From the human T2T-CHM13v2.0 reference genome, Homo sapiens, in NCBI RefSeq assembly GCF_009914755.1, contig NC_060933.1: a stretch of DNA of 64,000 nucleotides, one strand, 5' to 3'. The notes under the pieces are model-generated. The model worked only from the letters and a program-made list of their open reading frames with translations, searched no databases and was not told the origin of the DNA. Below are positions 15,001-27,000 of this stretch, in pieces; positions within the stretch are counted from its first letter, which is position 1; every line of letters starts with the position of its first letter. Both the position numbers and the translations under genes were made by a program.

Positions 15001-18000
15001 TCGAATGGAGTGGAGAGGAATGGAATGGAGTGGAGTGGAATGAAATGGAGGCGAAAGGAAGAGAATAGAGTGGAATGCATTGGAGTGGAATGGAGTGAAG
15101 TGGAATGGAATGCAGTGGAATGAAATGCAAGACAGTGGAACAGAGTTGAGTGGAATGGAGTAGAGTGGAATGAAATGCAAGGCAGTGGAATAGCGTGGAG
15201 TGGAATGGAGTGGGGTGGAATGGAATGGAGTGCAGTGGAATGGAATGGAGTGGATTGGAATGGAACGGAAAGAAGTGGAGCACAGTGCAGTAGAGTGGAA
15301 CGGAGTGGAGTGGAGTGGAACAGAACGGAATGGAATGGAACGGAAAGGAGTGGAGTGGAATGGAATGCAGTGGTGTGGAATGGATAGTAATGGAGTGGAA
15401 TGGATTGGAAAGCAATGGAGTGTAGAGGTGTGGAGTGGAACGGAATGGAAAGGAGTGAAGTGGAGTGGAATGGAATGGAATGCAATGGAGTTGAATAGAA
15501 TGGAATGGAACATAGTGGAATGGAATGGAGGGGAGTGGAATGGAATGGAGTTGAGTGGAATGGAGTGGAGTGGAATGGAATGGAGTTGAGTGGAATGGAG
15601 TGGAGTGAATTGGAGTGGAATGGAATGGAATGGAGTGGAATTGAATGGAATGGACTAAAGTGGATTGGAATGGAAAGAAACGGAGTGTAGTGGAATGGAA
15701 TGCATTAGAGTGGAACTGAATGGAATGCAATAAAGTGGAGTGGAATGGAAAGAAATGGAGTGGAGTGGAATGGAAGAGATAGGAACAGGTTGTTGTGGAG
15801 TGAAGAGGAGTGCAGATGAGTGGAATGGAATGGAGTGGAATTGAGTGGAAGGAAATTTAGTAGGGTGGAGCGGAGTGATGTGGAGTGGAATGGAATGGCA
15901 TGGAATGGAGTGGAGTTGAATGGATTTTAGTGGAATAGAGTGCAGTGGAATGGAATGCAATGGGTTGGAATAGAATGCAGTGGAGTGGAGTGGAATGGAT
16001 ATGAATGGAGTGGAGTGGAATGGATTGAAGTGGAATGGAATGGCCTGAATGTAATGGAGTGGAATGGAAGGGAATGGAGTGGAGTAGAATGGAGTGGATT
16101 AGAATGGAGTGGAAGGGAATGGAGTGGGGTGGAAAAGAGTGGAGTGGAGTGGAATGGAGAGGAGTGGAGTAGAGTGGAATGGAATGGAGTGGAGTGGACT
16201 GGAATGGAATGGAATGGGATGGAGAGGAGTGGAGTGGACAGTAATGGAATGGAATGGGATGGAGTGGAGTGGAGTGGAATGGAATGGGATGGAATTGATT
16301 GGAATGCAGTGGTGTGGAATGGAATGGGATGGAATGGATTGAAGTGGAGTGGAGTGGAGTGGAATGCAATGGAGTGAAATGGATTGGAATGGAATGGAGT
16401 GGAGTGGAGTGGAAAGGAATGGATTGGAATTGAGTGGAGTGGAATGGATTGCAGTGGAATGGAGTAGTGTGGAATGGAATGGAGTGGTGTGGAATGTAAT
16501 GGGGTGGAGTCAAGTGGATTGGTTGGGAATGGAATGGAATGGAATGGAATGGAATGCAATGGAGTGGAGTGGAGTAGAGTAGAATGGAATTAAATAGAAT
16601 GGATTCATCGGAAAGGAGTGGAGTCGAATGGGAAGGAGTGGAGTGGTATGGAATGGAATGGAGGGGAATGGATTGGAAAGGAATGGATTGTAGTGGAGTG
16701 GAGTTTAACGGAATTAAGTGGAGTCAAGTGAAGTTGAAAAAAATGGTATGGAATGGAGTTTAATGTAATGGAATGATATGGAGTGGAATGGAAAGGAATG
16801 GAGTGGAATGGAATGGAGTGCAGTGGAATGGAAAGTAGTGGAGTGGAATGGATTGGAGTGGAGTGGAATGGAATCGAATGGAATGGAGTTGAAGGAAACG
16901 GAAATGAATAGAGTTGTATGGAGTGGAGTGGAATTGAATGGAATGCAATGGAGTGGAATGAAATGGAATTGAACGGAGTGAAATGGAATGGAGTGCAGTG
17001 GAATGGAATGAGGTCGAATGAAATGTAATGGAATAGATTAGGAATGGAATGGATTAGATTGGAATGGAATGGGCTTGAGTGGAATGTTTGCAGTGGAGTG
17101 GAGTGGAAAGGAATGTAGTCGATTTCAGTAGAGTGGAGTGGAGTGGACAGGAGTGCAATGGAGTCGAGTGGCGTGGAGTGGAATGGAATGGAGTGGAGTC
17201 GAATGGAGTGGAGTGAAATGGAATGGAATTGATTGGAGTGGAATGGAATGGAAGGAATAGAGCGGAGTGGAATGGAATGGGGTGGTATGGAATGGAATGG
17301 AATGGAGTGGAATTGAATGCAATGGAGAGGAGTGTAATGGAATGGATGGGAGTGGAATGGAATGGAGTGGAAAGGAATACAATGGAGTGGAATGCATTGG
17401 AGTGGAATGGAGTGAAGTGGAATGGAATGGAGTGGAATGAAATGCAAAACAGTGGAATAGAGTGAAGTGGAAAGGAGTGGAGTGGAATGGAATGAAGTGG
17501 AGTGGAATGGAATGGAATGGAATGGAATAGAATGGAAAGGAATGGAATGGAATGGGATGGAATGGAATGAAGTGGAGCACAGTGGAGTGGAATGGAAGGG
17601 AGTGGAGTGGAACGGAATGGAGTGGAGTGGAATGGAATGGAATGGAATGGAATGAAGTTGAACGGAAAGCAGTGGAGTGGAATGGAATTGGGTGATGTGG
17701 AATCGAAAGCGATGGAGTGGAATGGATTGGAAAGCAATGTAGTGGAGTGGTGTGGAGTGGAACGGATCGGAAAGGAGTGAAGTGGAGTGGAATGGGAGGG
17801 AATGCAATGGAGTTCAATAGAACTGAATGAAACGGAGTGGAATGGAATAGAGTGGAGTGCAATGGAATGGAGTGTAGTGGAATGGAGTGGAGTGGAATGG
17901 AGTGGAGTGGAGTGGAATGGAGTGGAATAGAATGGAATGGAGTGGAATTGAATGGAATGGAATAAAGTGGAGTGGAATGGAAAGAAATGGAGTGGAGTGG

Positions 18001-21000
18001 AATGGAATAGACTGGAACAGGGTGTTGTGTAAGGAAGAGGAGTGCAGTTGAGTGGAATGGAATACAGTGGAATTGAGTGGAAGGGAATGTAGTGGAGTGG
18101 AGTGGTGTGGAGTGGGATGGAAGGGAATGGAATGGAGTGGAATAGAATGGATTTTAGCGGAATAGAGTGTAGTGGAATGGAATGGAATGGGTTGGAATAG
18201 AATGGATTGGAGTAGAGTGGAGTGGATTGGAATGGATTGAAGTGGAATGGAATGGATTGAAAGTAATGGAGTGGAATGGAATGGAATGGAGTGGAGTAGA
18301 ATGGAGTGGATTGGAATGGAATGGCAGGGAATGTAGTGGAGTGGAAAAGAGTGGAGTTGAGTGGAATGGAGAGGAATGGGACGGATTGGAGTTGAGTTGA
18401 CTCGAATGGAGTGGAGTGGAGAGGAGTGGAGTAAAGTGGAATGGAATGGAGTGGAGTGGACTGTAATGGAATGGAACGGGATGGAGTTGAGTGAAGCTGA
18501 GTGGAATGGAATGGGATGGAATGGATTGGAGTGGGGTGGAGTGGATTGGAATGGAGTGGAATGGATTGGAATGGAATGTAGTGTAGTGGAGTGGAATGGA
18601 GTGGAAAGGATTGGATTATAATTCAGTGGAGAGCAATGGAGAGGAGTGGAATGGATTGAAGTGGAATGGATTAGAGTGGAATGGAGTGGAGTGGAATGGA
18701 ATGGAGTGGAGTGGAATGCAAAGAGTGGAATCGAATGGAGTGGAGTAAAGTGGATTGGTTTGGAATGGAATGGAATGGAATGGAATGGAGGGGAGTGGAA
18801 TGGAATAGAACGGAATAGAATGGATTGGAACAGAAAGGAGTGGAGTGGAATGGGATGAAGTGGAGTGGAATGGAATGGAGTAGAATGGATTGGAAAGGAA
18901 TGGATTGTAGTGGAGTGGAGTGTAATGGAATTAAATGGAGTGGAGTGAAGTTGAAAAAATGGAATGGACTTGAGTTGAGTGCAATGGAATGGAATGGAGT
19001 GGAATGGAAAGGAGGGGAATGGAATGGAATGGAATAGAGTGGATTGGAATGGAAAGCAGTGGAGTAGAATGGAAGGCAGTGGAGTGGAATGGAATCAAGT
19101 GGAATGGAGATGAATGAAACGGAATGGAATGGAGTTGTACAGAGTGGAGTGGAATGGAATGGAATGCAACAGAGTGGAATGGAATGGAAATGGAATGGAG
19201 TGAAATGGAATGGAGAGCAGTGGAATGGAATGAAGTCGAATGGAATGTAATGGAATGGATTTGGAATGGAATGTATGAGATTGGAATGGAATGGAGTGGA
19301 GTGGAATTGACAGCACTGGAGTGGAGTGGAATGGAATGGAGTTGATTTTAGTACAGTGGAGTGGAGTGGACTGTAGTGCAATGGAGTGGAGTAGCGTGGA
19401 GTGGAGAGAAATGGAGTGGAGTCGATGGAGTGGAGTGGAATGGAATGGAATTGATTGGTGTGGAGTGGAATAGAATGGAGTGGTAAGGAAAGGAGAAGAA
19501 GGGAATGGAGTGTAATGGAGGGGAGGGGATTGGAATCGATTGGAATGGAATGTAACATAGTTGAGAAGAATTGAAGGGAAAGGAATGGATGGTAGTTGAG
19601 TATAATTGACGGGAATGTAATGGAAAAAGTGGAGTGCAAGGGAGTGGAAAGGAATGAAGTGGAGTGGAATGGAATGGAATGGACTGGAATGGAATGGAAT
19701 GGAATGGAATGGAATGGAATGGAATGGAATGGAATGCAATGGAATGCAATGTAGTGGAGTGGATTTGAATTGAATGGAGTGGATTGGATTGGAGTGGAGT
19801 GGAGTGGAATGGAGTGGAATGGAGTGCAGTGGAAAGGAATGGAGTGGAGTGGAATGGAATGGAGTCGAATGGAATGGAATGGATTGCAGTGGAGTGGAAT
19901 GGAATGGAGTGTAGTGGAAAGGAATGGAATAGCGTGGAATGGAATGGAATTGCATGGAATGGAATAGATTGGATTGGAAAGGGTTGGAGTGGAGTAGAAT
20001 GCAATGGAATAGAGAGAAATGTATTGGAATGGAGTAGAATGGAATGGAGTGGAGTGGAGTGCAATGGAATGGAAAGGAATGGAGTGGAGTGGAATGAAGT
20101 GAGGTGGAAAGGAGTGGAGTGGAATGGAAAGGAATGGAATGGAGAGTAATGGAGTGGAGCGCAATGGAGTGGAGTGGACTGGACTGGAATGGAGTGTACT
20201 GGAATGGAGTGGAGTGGAATGGAATGGAGTGGAATGGAATGGAATGGAGTGGAATGGAGTGGAAATGAACGGAGAGGAGTGGAATGGAGTGGAGTTGAGT
20301 GGAATGGAATGGAATGGAATGAAGTGGAGAAGAGTGGAATGCAATAGAATGGAATGGAATAGAGTGGATGGGAGTGGTGTCGATTGGGTTGGAACGGAGT
20401 GGAGTGGAGTGGAATTAAGTGAAGTGGAGTCGAATGGAGTGCAGTTGAGTGGAATGGAATGGAATGGAATGGAATAGAAATGAATGTGCTGGAGTGAAAA
20501 GTTATGGAATGGAATGGAGATGAATGGAACGGAGTGCAGTGGAATAGAATGGAGTGGAAAGGAAAGGAATGGCATGGAGTGCAATAGAATGAAATGGAGT
20601 GCAATGGAGTGGAGTTGAGTGAAATGGAGTGGAGTGGAATGGAATGGAGTGGAGTGTAATGGAGGGGAAAGGAATGGATTTTAGTGGAATGGTATGGAGT
20701 GGAATGGAATGGAAAGAAATATAGAGTAGTGGAATGGACTGGAATGAAATGGAATGGAGTGGAATGGAATGGAATGGAATGGAATGGATTGGATTGGATT
20801 GGAGTGGAGTGGATTAGAATGTAATGGCGTGGTGTGGGTTGGAATGGAGTGGTGTGGATTAGAATGGAGTGGAATGGAATAGAGTGGAGTGGAATGGAGA
20901 GGAATGGAATGGAGTGGAATGGAGGGGAGGGGTTTGGAATCGATTGGAATGGAACGTAATTTAATTGAGCAGAATTGAGGGGAAAGGATTGGAAGGTAGC

Positions 21001-24000
21001 TGAGTAGAATTGAGGGAAATGGAATGGAAAAAAGTGGAGTGCAAAGGAATGGAAAGGAATGGAGTGGAGTGCAATGGAATGGAATGGAGTGGAATGTAAT
21101 GGAGTAGAATGGAATTGAATGGAAAGCAGTGGAATGGAAAGGAATTGAATGGAATGGAGTGCAATGGAATGGAGTGGAGAGGAGTGGAGTGGAGTGGAAT
21201 GGAGTGGAGGGTGTTGGAGTGGAATGGAATGGAGTGTACTGGAATGGAATAGAGTGGAATGGAATGGAGTGGAATGCAACGGAATGGAGTGGAGTGGAGT
21301 GGAAATGAATGGAGTGGAGTGGAATGGAGAGGAGTTGAGTGGAATGGAGTGGAGTGGAGTGGAGTGGAATGCAATGGAATGGAAAGGAATGGAAAGGAAT
21401 GGAATGGAATGGAGAGGAGTGGTGTCGATTGGGGTGGAACGGAGTGGAGTGGAGTGGAATTTAGTGAAGTGGAGTCGAATGGAGTGCAGTTGAGTGGAAT
21501 GCAATGGAATGGACTGGAGTGGAATGGAGTGGAGTTGAGGGGAATGGAATGGAATGGAGTGGAGTGGAGTGAAATGGAATGGAATGGAAAGGAATGGAGA
21601 CGAGTGGTGTCGATTGGGGTGAAACGGAGAGGAGTGGAGAGGAATTTAGTGAAGCAGAGTCGAATGGAGTGCAGTTGAGTGGAATGCAATGGAATGGAAT
21701 ACAAATGAGTGCATTGCAGTGGAAAGTTACGGAATGGAATGGAGTTGAATGGAATGGAGTGCACTGGAGTGAAATGGAGTGGATTGGAATTTATTGAAGA
21801 GGAGTGGAGTGGAGTGGAATGGAATGGAAGAAATTGGAGTGGAGTGCAGTGGAGTGAAGGGGAGTAGAATTGAATGGAAGGGAAGGGAATGGATTGGAGT
21901 GGAATGGAGTGGAATGGAATGGAGTTGAATGGAGTGGAGTGGATTGGTATGTAGTGGTGTGGAATGCAATGCAGTGGAATGGAATGGAGTGGAAAGGAAC
22001 GGAATGGAATGAGAGGAATGGAAAGTAGTGGGATGGAATGGAACAGAATGGAAAGGTATGGAGTGTTGTAGAATGGAATGGAATGGATGGGAGTGGAGTG
22101 GAGTACAATGGAATGGAGTGGAATGGAGTGAAATGGGGAGGAGAGGAATGGAATGGTCTGTAGCGGAATGGAATGGAGTAGAGTTGAATGGCATGCAGAG
22201 GAGTGGAACGGAATGGAGTGGCATAGGACGGATTGAAATGGAGTGGAAAGGAATGGAGTGGTATGGAATGGAATGGAATGGAATGGAATGGAATGGAATG
22301 AAATGGAATGGAATGGAATGGAATGGAATGGAATGGAATGGAATGGAATGGAATGGAATGGAATTGAGTGGAGTGGCGGGGAATGGAATGGAAAGGAATG
22401 GAACGCAGTGGAGAGGAGAAGAATGGAATTGAATGGAATGCAGTGAAATATAGTGGAATGGAGTGGAATGGAGTGGAGTGGAGTGGGGTGGAATGGAATG
22501 GATTGGAAAAGAATGGCATGGAGTGGACTGGAAAGGAGAGAAGTGGTATGGAGTGGAGTGGAATAGAGTGGAGTGGAGTAGAATGGAATGGAGTGGAATG
22601 GAATGGAGTGCAAAGGAGTGGAGTGGAGTGGAATGGAGTGGAGTGGAATGGAGATTAGTGAAATTGAATGCGGTGGAGTGGAGGAGGATGGAGTGGACTG
22701 GGGTGGATTGGAGTGGAGGGGAGGAGAATGGAGTGGACTGGAGTGGAGTGGAGTGGATTATAATGAAAGGGAATGGAGTGGAGTGCAGTATAGTGGAGTA
22801 GAGTGGAATGGAATGGAACAGAGTGGAGTGGAATGGAGTGGAATGGAGTGGAGTGGAGTGGAATGAAATAGAGTGGAGTGCAGTGGAATAGAATGGAACG
22901 GAGTGTAATGGAATGGAATGGAGTGAAGTGGAGTGTAATGGGGTGAACTGGAGAGTAATGGATTCATGAGGTATGCAATGGTATGGAATGGAGGGGAAAT
23001 GAATGGAGTGGAGAGGAATGGAAAGGAGTGGAGTAGAATGGAATGGAGTGGAAAAATATGAATGCAGTGGAATGGAGTGGATTGTAGTGGAGTGGATAGG
23101 AGTGGAGTGGAGTGGAAATGAGTAGACTGGAGTGCAATGCAATGGAGTGGAATGGAAGGGAATGAAATTGAGTGGAGTGGAATGCTATGGAATGGAGTGG
23201 AATGCTATGGAATGGAATGGAATGGAATGAAATGGAGTGCATTGGAATGGAGTGGAGTGGAATGGAATGTAGTGGAATGGAATGGAATTGAATGAGAGGA
23301 ATGGAAAGTAGTGGGATGGAATGGAGTGGAGTGGAGTGGAATGGAGTGGAGTTGAATGGAATGGAATGGAATGGAACGAAGTGTAGTGGAGTGAAGTGGA
23401 CTGGCGTGGGATGGGATGGAATGGAATGGAGTGGAATGGAAAGGAATGTGGTGGAAAGGAGTGGAATACACTGGATTGACATGCAGTGTATTGGAGTGGA
23501 GTGGAGTGGAATGGAATGGAGTGTAATGCAGTGAAGTGGAGTGGAATGGAATGGAGTGGAATGGAATGGAATGGAATCAAGTGGAGTGAAATGGAGTGGA
23601 ATGGAATGGATTGGAATGGAGTGGAGTGGATTAGAATGTATTGGAGTGGAATGCAATGGAGTGGAATGGAATGGAGTGGAACGGTAGGGAATGGAATGTA
23701 GTAGAATGGAATGAAATGGAATGGAATGCAGTGGAATCGAATGGAATAGAATGGAATGGAATGGAGTGGAGTTGAATGGAATGGAGTGGATTGGAATGGA
23801 GTGGAAAGGAATGGAGTGGAATGCAGTGAATTGGAATGGAGAGGAATGGAATGGTGTGGAGTGTAATGGAATGGAGAGGAGCTGAATGCAATGCAGAGGA
23901 GTGGAATGGAATAGAGTGGCATGGAATGGATTGGAATGGAATGGAAAGGAATGGAGTGGTGTGGAATGGCATGGAATGGAATGGAATGGAATGGAATGGA

Positions 24001-27000
24001 ATGGAATGGAATGGAAATCAGTGAAATGGAGTGGAATAGAATGGAATGGAATGGAGTGGATGAACAGGAATGGAAATGAATGGAATTTAGTGAAATATAG
24101 AAGAATGGAGTGGAGTGGTATGAAATGGAGCAGTGTGTAATGGAGTGGATTGGAATGGGATGGAATGGAGTGGATTGGAATGGAGAGAATTGGAATGGAG
24201 TGGAGTGGAGTGGAATGGAGTGGAATCGAGTGGAATGGAATGGAATGGAAAGGAGTGGAGTGGACTGGAGTGGAGTGGAATGGAATGGAGTGGAATGGTA
24301 TGGAGTAGAGTGGAGTGGAATGGAGTGGACTGGAGTGGAGTGGATTGGAGTGGAATACAAAGGAATGGCATGGAGTGGTGTGGAGTATAGGGGAGTGGAG
24401 TGGAATGGACTGGAGTGGAATGAAATGGAGTGGAGTGGAATGGAATGGAATGGAGTGGAATCGAATGGAATGGAGTGGAATTGAGTGGAATAGAGTGTAG
24501 TGGAATGGAATGAAATAGAGTGCAGTGTAGTGTAATGGAATGGAATGGAGTGGAGTGGAGTGGTGTGGAGTGGAGGGGAGTGGATAGGGGTTGAATGGCA
24601 TGGAATGGAAAAGTGTAGTGGAATTGAATGAAATGTGGTATTGTGGAGTATAGTGGAGTCGGGTGGAGTGGAATGGAATGGAGGGGAAAGTAATGGAATG
24701 AAGTGGAGTTGAATGGAGCAGAGTGGAATTTAGTGGAGTGGAGTGGAATGGAATGGAATGCAATTGAATGGAATGGAGTGGAATGGAATGGGTTGAAGTG
24801 AAGTAGAATGGAATGCAGTGGCGTGAAATCAATGGAGTGGATTGGAATTGAATGGAGTGGGGTGGAAGGGAATGGAATGGAGTAAAATAGAATAGAGTGG
24901 AGTGGTGTAGCCTGGAGTGGAGTGGAGTGGAATGGAATGGAATTTAGTGTTGGGCAGTGGAGTGGAGTGTAGTGGAATGGAGTGGAATGGAAGCGAATGG
25001 AGTGGAGTGGAATGGAGTGGAGTAGAATGGAGTCGAATGGAATTTTATGGAACGGAATGGAGAGGAGTGGAGTGGAGTGGATTCGAGTGGAATTGAATGG
25101 AATGCCGTGGAGTGGAGTGAAGTGCAGTGACGTGAGAGGGATGGGCTGCAATGGAGTGGAATAGAGTGGAGTGGAATGGAGTGGAATGGAGTGGATTAGA
25201 GTGGAATGGAATGGAGTGTAATGGAATGGAGTGGGATGGAATGGTTTGTAATGGAATGGAATGGAACAGAATGGAATGGAACGGATTGGAGTGGAGTGGA
25301 ATGGAGTGGAATGGAATGGATAGGAATGGAGTGGAGTAAACGGGAATGTAGTGGATTGGAATGCAATGGAGTGGATTAGAATGGATTGGAATGTTACGGA
25401 ATGGAATGTAGTGGAATGGAATGGATTGGAATGGAATGGAATAGAATGGAATGGAATGGAATGTATTAGAATGGAATGGAATGGAGAGGAGTGGAGTGGA
25501 GTGTAATGGAATGGAGTGGAATGGAGTGAAATGGAGTGGATTGGAGTGGAATGGTGTGGAGTGTAATGGAATGGAGTGGAGCTGAATGGAATGCAGTGGA
25601 GTGGAATGGAATGGAGTGGCATGGAATGGATTGGAATGGCGTGGAAATGAATGGGGTGGTGTGGAATGGAACGGAATTGAGTGGAATGGAATGGAAAGGA
25701 ATGGAATGGAGGAGAATGGAATGGAATGGATTGAAATAGACTGGAATGGAGTGGATTGGAATGGAATAGAATGGAATGGAATGGAATGGAATGGAATGGA
25801 ATGGAATGGAGTGTTATGTAATGAATTGGAATGGAATGGAATGGAATGGAGTGTAATGTAATGAATTGGAATGGAATGGAATGCAGTGGATTGGAATGGA
25901 GGTAAGTGGAATGGAGTGGAGTGGAGTGGAATGGAATAGAATACAGTGGAATGGAGTGGAAAGGAAAGGAGTGGACTGCAATGGAGTAGAGTGGAGTGGA
26001 ACGGACTGGCGTGGAGTGGAATGTAGTGCAGGTCAGTGAAATTGTGTGGAGTGTACTGGAGGGGAAAGGAATAGACTGCAGTGGAATGGAATGGAGTGGA
26101 ATTGAATGGAATGAAATGGAAAGTGGTGGAATGGAATGGAATGAAATGGAATGTAATAAAAGGGAAAGGAATGGAATGCAATGGACTGGAATGGAACAGA
26201 GTGGAGTGGAGTGGAGTGAAGTAAAGTAGAATGTAACGTACTGGAGGGGATTCGAATGGAATGGAGTGGAATGGAATGGAGTAGAGTTGAATGGAGGGGA
26301 ATGGAATGGAGTGGAATGGAGTGGAGGGGTTTCGAGTCTATTGGAATGGAATGGAAACTAGTTGAGAATAATGGAGGGAAGTGGAATGGAATAAAGATGA
26401 GTGCAACTCCATTGAAAGTAATGGAGTGCAATGGAATGGATTGGAGTGGAGTGGAGTGGAATGGAATGGAATGAAATGTAGAGGAGTCGTGTGAAATGGA
26501 GTGGTGTGTAGTGGAATTGACTGGAATAGAATGAAGTGGAATGGAGAGTAAAGAGTGGAGTGGAATTGAATCAAGTGGAATGGAACGAAATTGAATGGAG
26601 TGGAGTGGAATGCAATGGAATGGAGTGGAATGGAATGGAATGGAGTGGAAAAAGTGGAGTAGAATGGAATGTAGAGGAGTGGAATGGAATGGCATTTAAT
26701 GGAACAGAATGGAATTGAGTGGAGTTGAATGGAGTGGAATGGAATGGAGTGGAGTAGAGTCGAGTGGAATGGAATGGAATGGAATGGAATGGAATGGAAT
26801 GGAATGGAATGGAATGGAGTGCAGTGGAGTGGAGTGGAGTGCATTGGAGTGTAATGTAGTGGAGGGAAGTGGAGTGGAATGGAATGGAGTGAAATGGAAA
26901 GGAGTGGCGTGAAATGGAATGGAGTGGAATGGAATAGAATGGAATGGAGTGTGGTGAAATGAGTGGAGTGGAGTGGATTGGAATGGAGTGGAGTTGAGTG

